A stretch of DNA of 64,000 bases, from IMG/VR virus record IMGVR_UViG_3300044911_000835, positions 13,049-77,048 of that record. One strand, given 5' to 3'. The notes beneath the pieces are model-generated. The model worked only from the letters and a program-made list of their open reading frames with translations, searched no databases and was not told the origin of the DNA. A program made the translations under genes and the position numbers. This document shows, piece by piece, positions 25,501-34,356 of this stretch (position 1 is its first letter; each line of letters opens with the position of its first letter). The stretch is from a virus.

Positions 25501-27467
25501 TGTATAAGGCATCAACTAGAGCAGCGGTAATTACACGTAGAACATATAATAGACCATTAAATGAGCTTGGTACTATCTTTGAAACTTGGAAACTAACAGT
25601 AGCTAGAGTTATTGACCATCAGCAATGGCTATGGGAAAGAGCTAAAGGTTCTGAGTTAAATGATGCGGAGTTTGCAGAGTTATATGAGCTAGAAGAGCTT
25701 ATGCTAGACCGTAAGGTTTCAATGAGTGGTAGAACCTTATGGTTAGGTGGTACTGATATTTCTAAATATAGAGAAGCTAGTCAGTTTAACTGTTCTTATA
25801 CAAATATTGAAACTGTATACGATATAGTAGATAGTTTATGGCTACTATTACAAGGTTGTGGTCTTGGAGTACGTCCAATTGTAGGAACTCTAAATGGTTT
25901 TGTTAATCCTATAGATGATATTCGTATTATTCCTAGTACTAGAACTGCTAAAGGTGGTCTTGAGTACAATGAGGAGTTCTGGGATGCTGAGACTAGAGTT
26001 TGGCGTATTAAAATTGGAGATTCAGCCGAAGCCTGGGCTAAATCTATTGGTAAACTAATTGCAGGTAAGTATCCAGCAAAAACTTTAGTATTAGACTTTT
26101 CCGAGCTACGACCAGCAGGTGAACGGTTAAAGGGTTATGGGTGGATTAGCTCCGGTTATTACGCTATTGCTAAGGCTTATAAAGCTATAGCTAAAATCCT
26201 ATCTTCTAAAGCAGACTCACTATTATCCAGAATAGATATTATGGATATTATTACTTGGTTAGGAACTATTCTTAGTAGTCGTAGAAGTGCTGAAATTGTT
26301 ATATTCGAGTATAATCAACCTGAATGGGAAGAATTTGCTGTAGCTAAAAAAGATTGGTGGCTACATGATAATGCACATAGAACACAGTCTAATAATTCTC
26401 TACTATTTAAAGAGAAACCTACCCTTAAAGAACTTCGTAAAATTTTCCAAATTATGGAAGAAGCCGGGGGTTCTGAGCCTGGGTTTATTAATGGTGAAGA
26501 AGCCTTGCGTCGAGCTCCATGGTTTCAAGGATGTAATCCTTGTGTAGAAATTCTACTTGGGTCTAAGTCCTTTTGTAATCTTACAGAAATCGACATTGGT
26601 AAGTTTAAGAAAGATGCCTCCGGTCTACATAGGGCAGCCTACTTAGCTGCAAGGGCTAATTATAGACAAACCTGTGTTAATCTTAAAGATGGTATTCTAC
26701 AAGAATCTTGGCACCTTAATAATGCCTTCCTAAGATTATGTGGAGTTGGCCTAACTGGTATTGCTAAGCGTCCTGATATGAAGGCTTATGATTACCAATA
26801 TTTACAGCGTACCGCTACTTCCGCTGCTATTGGTATGGCTGATGAACTTAAGCTTCCACATCCGAAGAACGTCACTACTGTAAAACCGAGTGGTACACTA
26901 AGTAAAATTATGGACACAACAGAAGGTGCCCATATGCCTTTAGGTAAGTACATTTTTAATAATGTACAGTTTAGTAAGTTTGATCCTGTAGTAGAAAAAC
27001 TACGCGATGCAAACTATAATGTTATTAATCATCCAACTGACGACTCAGGAGTTCTAGTAACATTTCCAGTTCGCTGGGATGATGTTCCCTTCCATAAAGT
27101 AAATGGAAAGGAAGTAAACCTAGAAAGTGCTATTGATCAGTTAGAGCGCTATAAGCTACTACAGAAAAACTGGACCCAGCAGAATACTTCTGTAACTATT
27201 AGTTATGATCCTAGTGAAGTTGATGGTATTGTACAGTGGTTATTTGATAATTGGGATATTTATGTAGGAGTTAGTTTCCTATATAGAACTGATCCTACTA
27301 AAACTGCAAAAGACTTAGGCTATTTATATTTACCACAAGAAGTAGTAACAGAAGATGACTATAATAGATATGTAGCTACGCTACTAGAAGTAGACCTTGA
27401 GTCTGCTAATTCCTTTGATGAACTTCGTGATGAAGGATGTGCTACAGGTGCTTGCCCAATTAGGTAA
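25500..27467 (+). CDS. nrdJ: class II (B12-dependent) ribonucleotide reductase, monomeric RTPR type
   Basis: GRTLWLGG, FNC, RRSAEI, NPCVEI, TVKPSGT, C-terminal CATGACPIR. Confidence 0.9.
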   Translation: MYKASTRAAVITRRTYNRPLNELGTIFETWKLTVARVIDHQQWLWERAKGSELNDAEFAELYELEELMLDRKVSMSGRTLWLGGTDISKYREASQFNCSYTNIETVYDIVDSLWLLLQGCGLGVRPIVGTLNGFVNPIDDIRIIPSTRTAKGGLEYNEEFWDAETRVWRIKIGDSAEAWAKSIGKLIAGKYPAKTLVLDFSELRPAGERLKGYGWISSGYYAIAKAYKAIAKILSSKADSLLSRIDIMDIITWLGTILSSRRSAEIVIFEYNQPEWEEFAVAKKDWWLHDNAHRTQSNNSLLFKEKPTLKELRKIFQIMEEAGGSEPGFINGEEALRRAPWFQGCNPCVEILLGSKSFCNLTEIDIGKFKKDASGLHRAAYLAARANYRQTCVNLKDGILQESWHLNNAFLRLCGVGLTGIAKRPDMKAYDYQYLQRTATSAAIGMADELKLPHPKNVTTVKPSGTLSKIMDTTEGAHMPLGKYIFNNVQFSKFDPVVEKLRDANYNVINHPTDDSGVLVTFPVRWDDVPFHKVNGKEVNLESAIDQLERYKLLQKNWTQQNTSVTISYDPSEVDGIVQWLFDNWDIYVGVSFLYRTDPTKTAKDLGYLYLPQEVVTEDDYNRYVATLLEVDLESANSFDELRDEGCATGACPIR

Positions 27468-27697
27468 TGGATAAGTTACTTGAAGAACTAAAACCTTTAC
27501 AGCTAAGGCCTAAACCTTTATACTGTACTGGTAGTAGTAATTGCTGGTGTTTTAGGTTAGAAACCAGACTACCAAGTCATGCAGACTATGATATATGTAT
27601 GACACCAAAAGAGTTGTTAGAGATGTATAGTCCTGAACTAACTTCTAACGATATTAACTATTTAAAAAGTATTGAGTCTAAGGAGTGTATATGGTAG
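27467..27697 (+). CDS. small Cys-rich (CWC-like) protein
   Basis: CTGSSNCWC...C. Confidence 0.5.
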   Translation: MDKLLEELKPLQLRPKPLYCTGSSNCWCFRLETRLPSHADYDICMTPKELLEMYSPELTSNDINYLKSIESKECIW

Positions 27698-27873
27698 AAT
27701 TTAAGTTTAGTATTGGTGATGAAGTATACCATGGTCGTACAGGTATTGGTGGATATGTAATTGGTCTATATCAGAATAGAACAGGTGCACTAGTATCAGA
27801 AATTGAGTACGTTACAGAGAATGGTAGTGTACAAATAATGTGGTGGCCAGAAGCTGAACTAGAATTAATGTAA
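27691..27873 (+). CDS. hypothetical protein
   Basis: AAGGAG SD; FKFSIGDEV. Confidence 0.5.
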   Translation: MVEFKFSIGDEVYHGRTGIGGYVIGLYQNRTGALVSEIEYVTENGSVQIMWWPEAELELM

Positions 27874-27909
27874 GTACAAAACCGATTGTAGTACAAAACC
27901 GACCCAAAT

Positions 27910-27946
27910 AAAAAGCCCTAACAGAGTAATCTGTTAGGGCTTTTTT
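27910..27946. terminator. bidirectional intrinsic terminator
   Basis: aaaaagccctaacaga-gtaa-tctgttagggctttttt between convergent operons. Confidence 0.9.
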
Positions 27947-28398
27947 CATGCTACAAGACCTATTTTATAAATAGTCTTTCCATTCTCTTTTACTGCTGTT
28001 AGTACTTGTTGTTTACTACCATATGATATGTGAACCCATCCAGACTCTACATCCCCAGGAGTATAGAACTCTAGTATAAGCTGTTTAAATTTTAGATTTT
28101 GTTCACACCATTTAGCTAACATATAGTTAGATAGATTAGGAACCTCAATATCTGCGGCTAAACCTAGTACATGATCAGATGTTTTTGAACCACCAATGGC
28201 TACATTTAACTGAGGACTCCTATACCCACTATTAATTATAACTGCGCCAAACTGATCTCTAATAGGTTGCAGAATTTTAGATGTTAGTAACATTAAATTA
28301 TTAACTACAAGACTAGAAGGTGTATTATCAATACCTTTCCTAGATGCGTAGTCGCTTTTTGTAAGTTCCTTCAATGTAAAGTTTTTACTTAATTGCAT
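27946..28398 (-). CDS. endolysin, peptidase M15 family
   Basis: LSKNFTLKEL, SGYRS..N..IGG...SDH..G.AAD, WVHIS. Confidence 0.9.
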   Translation of the reverse strand: MQLSKNFTLKELTKSDYASRKGIDNTPSSLVVNNLMLLTSKILQPIRDQFGAVIINSGYRSPQLNVAIGGSKTSDHVLGLAADIEVPNLSNYMLAKWCEQNLKFKQLILEFYTPGDVESGWVHISYGSKQQVLTAVKENGKTIYKIGLVA

Positions 28399-28642
28399 TA
28401 AACTCCCTCAAATAATTTTTATAAGAGTTTGATAAACCCTCATGCTTACCAGAACATTCCTCAAAAGCCTTTTTATCCTTTGCTTTCTGTGCTAGTACAT
28501 CTTCCCAACTAGTAAACGGGCTTTCTAATACGGATTGAATACATGAAGAAGTTAGGTATGAATCGAAACTAGGTGGTTTAGGTACTGGAGCACAGCATCC
28601 TGCTAACAAGACACTACTGAATATCAGACTTTTTAGTAACAT
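28385..28642 (-). CDS. o-spanin lipoprotein
   Basis: lipobox LLAGC, Pro-rich; overlaps i-spanin. Confidence 0.7.
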   Translation of the reverse strand: MLLKSLIFSSVLLAGCCAPVPKPPSFDSYLTSSCIQSVLESPFTSWEDVLAQKAKDKKAFEECSGKHEGLSNSYKNYLREFNAIK

Positions 28643-28967
28643 TATCTATTTCACTCCATATTTTTGAAAAGTCTTCTGAAGGTACACAAGGTACATTAGT
28701 AAGAGGTTTCTGTTTAACTCTACCTAGTATAGTACCCAGTCTAGCATCTAGCTCTAGCATACTAGACTGGTTCCTACGTGCTTCTTCCTGTGAAAATTCT
28801 CTAACTTTATCGAGCTTACCTTGAATTAGCTCAAATTGTTGTAGTCTTTCAAGTTCAACTTTATCGGCCTTATAACTATAACCACTAGAAAATCCTAGTA
28901 CTAAAGCGATCAATATTCCAGCTATTATCTGAAAGTATTTATTTTTCAGTATTGCTATTAGTTCCAT
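28614..28967 (-). CDS. i-spanin
   Basis: N-terminal TM then coiled coil; in lysis cassette. Confidence 0.65.
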   Translation of the reverse strand: MELIAILKNKYFQIIAGILIALVLGFSSGYSYKADKVELERLQQFELIQGKLDKVREFSQEEARRNQSSMLELDARLGTILGRVKQKPLTNVPCVPSEDFSKIWSEIDNVTKKSDIQ

Positions 28968-29193
28968 ACTTGGCTCCTAGGAATTTATTGGCGAATTTAT
29001 TACCTGTTACAAGTCCCATATAAGCTAGAGTATACCAAGCTAAACCTTCTAGATTTACTACAGGTGCTAAAGATGCTTTATAGGAGGCGTATAGAAATAC
29101 GGCTGTAGCAGCCGTATTTGCTATATTAAACCAAACTCTAGAACTGGATAATTTACCTCCAGGCTCCTCTTGTACTAATTCTTCTAATTTCAT
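28939..29193 (-). CDS. holin
   Basis: GKLSSSRVW; two TM helices; upstream of spanins. Confidence 0.65.
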   Translation of the reverse strand: MKLEELVQEEPGGKLSSSRVWFNIANTAATAVFLYASYKASLAPVVNLEGLAWYTLAYMGLVTGNKFANKFLGAKYGTNSNTEK

Positions 29194-29597
29194 GGTTCAG
29201 GCTCTGGTTCAGGCTCTGGTTCAGGCTCTGGTTCAGGCTCTGGTTCAGGCTCTGGTTCAGGCTCTGGTTCAGGCTCTGGTTCAGGCTCTGGCGTGTCTCG
29301 TATTGTCGCGTAGTGGAAGTACGCAGAAAAAAGTAGCCCATAGATATCCCCCATCGTCACTGATGTACCAGTTGGAAGCAGCGTGACTGGATCGTATATC
29401 TCGATAACTTCTGCTGGATCATATTGAGCCGTCATCGGCGCATCGGGTTGGTCTCTCAGCGTCAAGTCACCAACTGATGTAATGCGCTCTTCCGTGAATG
29501 TCACGCTAGGCAAAGAATTCAACGGATTGTGTATCTCGACTAAACGACAACGTTGATAACTTTCGCCGGTTAGGGATGTTTGTTTGTAATTTGACAT
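29190..29597 (-). CDS. tail-fibre-associated protein with (PE)n tail
   Basis: YKQTSLTGESYQRC..NP..P...F.EE; follows fibre genes. Confidence 0.65.
   Translation of the reverse strand: MSNYKQTSLTGESYQRCRLVEIHNPLNSLPSVTFTEERITSVGDLTLRDQPDAPMTAQYDPAEVIEIYDPVTLLPTGTSVTMGDIYGLLFSAYFHYATIRDTPEPEPEPEPEPEPEPEPEPEPEPEPEPEPEPEP
29194..29289. repeat. 12-bp tandem repeat x8 (ggttcaggctct)
   Basis: perfect copies; encodes Pro-Glu repeat on the minus strand. Confidence 0.95.
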
Positions 29598-29638
29598 TTT
29601 AATCTCTCTCTAATAATTACACTATCAACTGCGGTTGA

Positions 29639-30310
29639 TTATTTTATCAAAGCATACGTTCTAGGGAGGCAACCCAAAGGTGCATACGTGTATACATTGT
29701 TAATAAAAATATTACTATTTGTTAAAGAAAACCTAATATTTGTTAGTGATGTGTACGTCGCGCTAATTGTAAGCATGGCAGACAGCGGAGGCTGGCGTTG
29801 AAGCGGCGCTAGGATAGCAGGCTCTAGTGAAGATGCCGACACGTACAAAAGCCCACCATCTCTCGCCATGCCGCTTACCGAAACATCACTAACCCAGTTA
29901 GAGTTTGTCGGGTGCGTTGCAAACAAAATACCAATAGAGTTAATATTGGGAGGGGGATTGTTACTTGACAGCATGATGTTACCAGTCTCATCATATGCAT
30001 TAAATCCATAGCCGCTATCTTGTTGCGATGGCGCATTTATGGCGTAAACTACCCAATCCATTGGATAGTTTGTTGAACGATACAGAAAACCTAACGAACT
30101 TTCGCCTCTAACACTAATAGGACTGGCATTCAGTGCGCTAGGTCGAACAAATAACATTGGGTTGCTTATAGAAGAGGGGTATAGTATTTGTGATCCAGTT
30201 GAATTCGCCGCAGTCGCTGGCGCAGTACCAGAGGCCATCTTCACAAGTCCTAGCGAATTAACAAACACATCATTTAAATTGTCTCCAATAACACTAAACC
30301 CGTATGTCAT
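29639..30310 (-). CDS. putative receptor-binding tail-tip protein
   Basis: MTYGF and YGFNAYDETG repeats typical of genes after J-like central fibres. Confidence 0.5.
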   Translation of the reverse strand: MTYGFSVIGDNLNDVFVNSLGLVKMASGTAPATAANSTGSQILYPSSISNPMLFVRPSALNASPISVRGESSLGFLYRSTNYPMDWVVYAINAPSQQDSGYGFNAYDETGNIMLSSNNPPPNINSIGILFATHPTNSNWVSDVSVSGMARDGGLLYVSASSLEPAILAPLQRQPPLSAMLTISATYTSLTNIRFSLTNSNIFINNVYTYAPLGCLPRTYALIK

Positions 30311-30603
30311 GCTTTTCTAAACCCTACAACATAATGAGTAGATGGAAGCCCCGCTAAGGAGCTTGTTCTGTTGACAGTTACGAGTTGACCAGCCCTAGTT
30401 AAAACAACACCAAACAGAAGTGGACCATTATCACTAATCAATAAATAATCAGTATCTAGCAATCCGGGAATTGTCACAGACTTTGAACCGAACTCATTTG
30501 AATTAAAACTAAACGTATACATCCCAATCATACAGAACGAAATATCATCAGTTGAGTACGAAAGAGAGCCACCACTATTGTATATTTGAATGCCATGACT
30601 CAT
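30307..30603 (-). CDS. tail-tip accessory protein
   Basis: MSHGIQIYNSGG N-terminus; ATGA coupling. Confidence 0.5.
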   Translation of the reverse strand: MSHGIQIYNSGGSLSYSTDDISFCMIGMYTFSFNSNEFGSKSVTIPGLLDTDYLLISDNGPLLFGVVLTRAGQLVTVNRTSSLAGLPSTHYVVGFRKA

Positions 30604-33140
30604 GATACTGCCGCCGCCAAATTACCAATCTTTACGCGCAGCGTACCTGAACTATCGAAAACGGCAATTACATCATCCTGAATAACCAAACGCGCATTGT
30701 TTACAGCAGACCTTAATCTGAACTGACCAGTACCCACAATATCCAAGCCATACTTTCCAGCAGTCCCTGTATAACCAAGATAAAAACCCTCTGTTGAATT
30801 GCCCCATGTTTTTCCACTTGATTTGATTGCGCCGCCGCCTGACAGCGTAATGCCACCGCCTGTAATTGTGGTTCCGGTAGTCAAGGTGGCGTTGGTGCTA
30901 TCCCAGCTAGAATTATTGATAAGTTGAGAAGTCTGAGTGATGTTATTTGCGGTAGTGACCCATGATCCTGCTATCTTCTGATAGAACAACGTAGTATCCG
31001 TAGCAAAATAAGTATCCCCGTTTGCTCCGGTAGGTCTGGCAGACAACAAACCACTTGTCATTACATTGGCTGTAGCCCCTGCAGCAGCAGTACTCTTTTC
31101 CAAACGTACAATTGTTACCTTATCAACGTATGCTCCACTGACCGTACACGTCACCAATGCAGATTTAGCCACTCCAAACTGCAATGCGGTTACTACTTGA
31201 GTAGCCGCACCTGAATTGGTAGGCACACTTCCAACAGGAAAACCACTGAATGACCATACATAAGACGGGCTTGTTATACCACTCACTACTGCGGTAAAAG
31301 TAATATCAGGATTAATTTGTGGAGTAGGAACTAAATTCTTAGCATCCAGTGTTCCATCTGTTGCTGTAAATGCAGCTTGAATATTAGGAGTAACTACCAC
31401 AGATGGACCTTGCGCTCCCGCCGCTCCCGCCACCGCGTCAATATAAGGAGTGCTCCACGTACCACCTGCATTGGTCGTAGAGCCAGCAACCACATTGAAA
31501 ACAAACTCTGAAGCGTAAGTTGGCGTGGTGCTGGTGGGTGGCTGAGTGATTGACCAATTGGTAGGAGCAGTAAGCACTGCCGTAGCGGCATTGAAATTAC
31601 CACCCGTAGGCGCTGTTGCCGAACCAATCTGTCGGTAAACAGTGGCAGCGTAGACCACATTACCACTACTGCCAGAGGCACCATTCTGAGCAACCACTAC
31701 AGGATCGGTGAAGGAGGTAAGCGAAAGCTGCGTAGCTGGCGTAGATGTGCTTGCTATCGCCGTCGTCATATAGACGGCTGAAGGATGCGCTGGCGTTGCT
31801 GGCCTAGTTAAAGACCATCCCGCTGTACCTCCAGTTTGTAAACCAAGCGTTGTGGTAGAAATTGTATATAAACAACTGGTTGGCTTGGTAGGAACACTGC
31901 CACCAGCCCAATAGAGTTCTACTCGCTCTTGTGTAGCACCATTTACGCCAAGTACACCCGCTTTAGATTTCGCTATAGAAAATACAGAAACAAGACTAAC
32001 TCCACCCTTACTAGCGGTAAAAGTAACGGTGCCGGTATCAACACCAGTTAAAGCGGTTACAGTTTGTGTTCTGCTGGTAGTAGCCTCTGAACAGGTAACG
32101 CCTGCTGACTTAACTACTGAGTATGTCCATCCGTTAGTAGAATCATCCACCACACCATAGAACACACTCATAGTGGTGCTACAGCCAGCAAAGTTACCCC
32201 CAGTTCCATCATTCAAAGTAGGAACTACGTGTACTTCGTTACTTAGCATAGCTACATAAGGCGATAAGCCTATAGCGCCATATAACGTCCAATAAGTATT
32301 GAAACTTGTTGGCATTGTGGGTGGCAGAATAGAACCACTAGAGGTATGAGCCAGTATGCAAGACCAGCTAGATCCATTATGTAAAACAATGTCCCCAATT
32401 ACATAATCTGTAGCGGTAAGCCAATCCCCTTTAAAGACGTTTCTAGTCGCGCCCGCTACCGCTGTACTTTTCTCCAGACGCATCAGCGTAATTGAAGCTG
32501 TCATTTCGCCACACAATGCGGTAATGACTACTTGTTTCGCACTGCCAAAATCAGCTAGGTCGAAGTACATTGTGTCACCTCTACCGACTCCAGGCGCACC
32601 AAAAATGTAGTTCAACATAACCAGTTTGCCGTCGTCGGTCTTTGGAATAACACCATTTGACGGCACAAATATGACTGGATCATTTACGCCTTGACGAACC
32701 ACCGTAACCGCAATCGTTTGGCTTACAGGTGTGGCAATACCATCTTCGTAAGTAAATCCTTGACCACTAGAGATAAGACTAATAGAAGGGCCAGCAGCAC
32801 CTTCGCGTGCCTTAGCAACAGAGAACCTGGTGGTTATATTGGGCTGTCCCACCTTGCTTGCAGTGATATCCACATAGCCCACATCAGCGCTGATAGCTGT
32901 GACCGTGTAGGTGCTACCAGCAAGGTTGCCACTCAGATTCGTAGGGATTGCAGAGAACGTCCAGTTCAGAGTGTCGTCCACATTACCTTGATAGACACTC
33001 ATGGTGGAAGCACAACCCACGAAACTGCTGACCACACCAAAGTTGTCAGAAGGTAGAAGGTGACTCTCACTAGATAGACGAGCATTTAGCCCGTCCATCA
33101 AGTCAGTGATAGTTATATGACCTGTTGATACTATAGGCAT
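30600..33140 (-). CDS. tail fibre protein with J-like C-terminus
   Basis: Ig-like repeats; W..Y..GD.V.H.G..W.C module; ends VFDSSGTLRVKIGNL. Confidence 0.7.
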   Translation of the reverse strand: MPIVSTGHITITDLMDGLNARLSSESHLLPSDNFGVVSSFVGCASTMSVYQGNVDDTLNWTFSAIPTNLSGNLAGSTYTVTAISADVGYVDITASKVGQPNITTRFSVAKAREGAAGPSISLISSGQGFTYEDGIATPVSQTIAVTVVRQGVNDPVIFVPSNGVIPKTDDGKLVMLNYIFGAPGVGRGDTMYFDLADFGSAKQVVITALCGEMTASITLMRLEKSTAVAGATRNVFKGDWLTATDYVIGDIVLHNGSSWSCILAHTSSGSILPPTMPTSFNTYWTLYGAIGLSPYVAMLSNEVHVVPTLNDGTGGNFAGCSTTMSVFYGVVDDSTNGWTYSVVKSAGVTCSEATTSRTQTVTALTGVDTGTVTFTASKGGVSLVSVFSIAKSKAGVLGVNGATQERVELYWAGGSVPTKPTSCLYTISTTTLGLQTGGTAGWSLTRPATPAHPSAVYMTTAIASTSTPATQLSLTSFTDPVVVAQNGASGSSGNVVYAATVYRQIGSATAPTGGNFNAATAVLTAPTNWSITQPPTSTTPTYASEFVFNVVAGSTTNAGGTWSTPYIDAVAGAAGAQGPSVVVTPNIQAAFTATDGTLDAKNLVPTPQINPDITFTAVVSGITSPSYVWSFSGFPVGSVPTNSGAATQVVTALQFGVAKSALVTCTVSGAYVDKVTIVRLEKSTAAAGATANVMTSGLLSARPTGANGDTYFATDTTLFYQKIAGSWVTTANNITQTSQLINNSSWDSTNATLTTGTTITGGGITLSGGGAIKSSGKTWGNSTEGFYLGYTGTAGKYGLDIVGTGQFRLRSAVNNARLVIQDDVIAVFDSSGTLRVKIGNLAAAVS

Positions 33141-33141
33141 G

Positions 33142-34293
33142 TTAAGCCGCCGTGAAACTGGTGTTCAACATGAACGCCGTCTGTGCCACGCCACCGTTGA
33201 CATACACCGCACGGTAATAACGTGTCATGATCGGAACTGACAAATACACGCAGGCAATTGCAGCAACAGCGGTATCTGCCGTTGCTCTACGCCAAGTGAT
33301 ATTGTCGTTTGAGCATTCAATACGTAAGGTTCCCGCTTGATCAGCGACAGCAGAAGCGTTGAACTTTGAGTAACGGTGAACACCGCCTGCGGCGACACCA
33401 ATATCTCTAGCCGTACCCGTAACCGTTGCACTGATGGCCTGTGCCACTACACTATCGTTCCAGAATTGGTTATCCATACTATTAGCATACACAGTGGGCA
33501 TCGAAACCACAGCGGCTGCAATGGCTTGACCCGCTACACTTTGCCCACGACCCGCAGTAATTTCAGCAGTCAGTTCTTGGTAGTCTTGTATTGCCACAAA
33601 TTGCAATGAAGCTGTAGTGGTAGTTGCTGGTGCGGTTGCACCATTTAGCCAACGCACTCTGATTTTGTATGTTCCATTCGGATCAGGGATTTGCTGATGG
33701 CGACGATAACTATTTGCGCGCCCAGTGGTAGCGTCCAGTGTGCCACCATGAAACCAACACTCATCGGCAAAAGGCTCAAGCTCATACAAGCCGGCTGATG
33801 CAGTGGTTGGAACGGTAGATGCAGCACTGTCTAAAGGCGTCAACGCGCTGTTCTGAACCCGATACTTGGCTTGAGTTGCCGTAGTGCCGTCAAACACCCA
33901 AGCGCAAGTATGCTGCCCATCTGGCACGCCTGTAGTTGAATTGACCGAGATTGCTTCGACAATAAAACTCTGATTAATGATTCTCTGGCTCAGTACGGCA
34001 TTGAACGAAACCCTGAATGGAATCTGAAAAGTTTCTTTGGTTGTGATCGACGTGTCGGAGTTGATCGTCGTACCACTGGCGATAACAATATTGCCTGCAC
34101 TGAATGTGATCGAACCACCAGCGCCGATTGAGTTATCCCACTTTGCACTATCAAGACTTGGACCTGGAAAACTGTCTCTGAATTTTTTCTCGATAGAACC
34201 AACAACTTGATAAGGTGTATGAACGCCAGCCAGCTCGACCGTTTTCATGGTCAGCAAACTACCAGCAGCGTCACGAACTAAAATATTAGGCAT
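33142..34293 (-). CDS. putative virion fibre / lectin-like protein
   Basis: beta-rich, Thr/Ala/Ser-rich; inside tail locus. Confidence 0.5.
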   Translation of the reverse strand: MPNILVRDAAGSLLTMKTVELAGVHTPYQVVGSIEKKFRDSFPGPSLDSAKWDNSIGAGGSITFSAGNIVIASGTTINSDTSITTKETFQIPFRVSFNAVLSQRIINQSFIVEAISVNSTTGVPDGQHTCAWVFDGTTATQAKYRVQNSALTPLDSAASTVPTTASAGLYELEPFADECWFHGGTLDATTGRANSYRRHQQIPDPNGTYKIRVRWLNGATAPATTTTASLQFVAIQDYQELTAEITAGRGQSVAGQAIAAAVVSMPTVYANSMDNQFWNDSVVAQAISATVTGTARDIGVAAGGVHRYSKFNASAVADQAGTLRIECSNDNITWRRATADTAVAAIACVYLSVPIMTRYYRAVYVNGGVAQTAFMLNTSFTAA

Positions 34294-34356
34294 ATTACTT
34301 TTCCTTTACTGTCACCGACGTTTCAAACATCGGTGACAAGAATGACTTGCGTCGGT

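Noticed and set aside
10231-27467. Inteins, introns or stop-codon recoding in core genes
   Set aside because: Proteins have ordinary lengths and contiguous motifs; TAA, TAG and TGA all act as stops; the split ligase is a normal T5 trait.
27874-27902. Direct repeat agtacaaaaccga x2 before the terminator
   Set aside because: Two short copies with no further support.
29153-29386. CRISPR array, or the (QSLN)n and (VQAL)n ORFs
   Set aside because: No spacers; these are alternative frames of the PE-coding repeat.
34310-34338. Inverted repeat as terminator or invertase site
   Set aside because: No U-tract, no second copy and no recombinase in the window.
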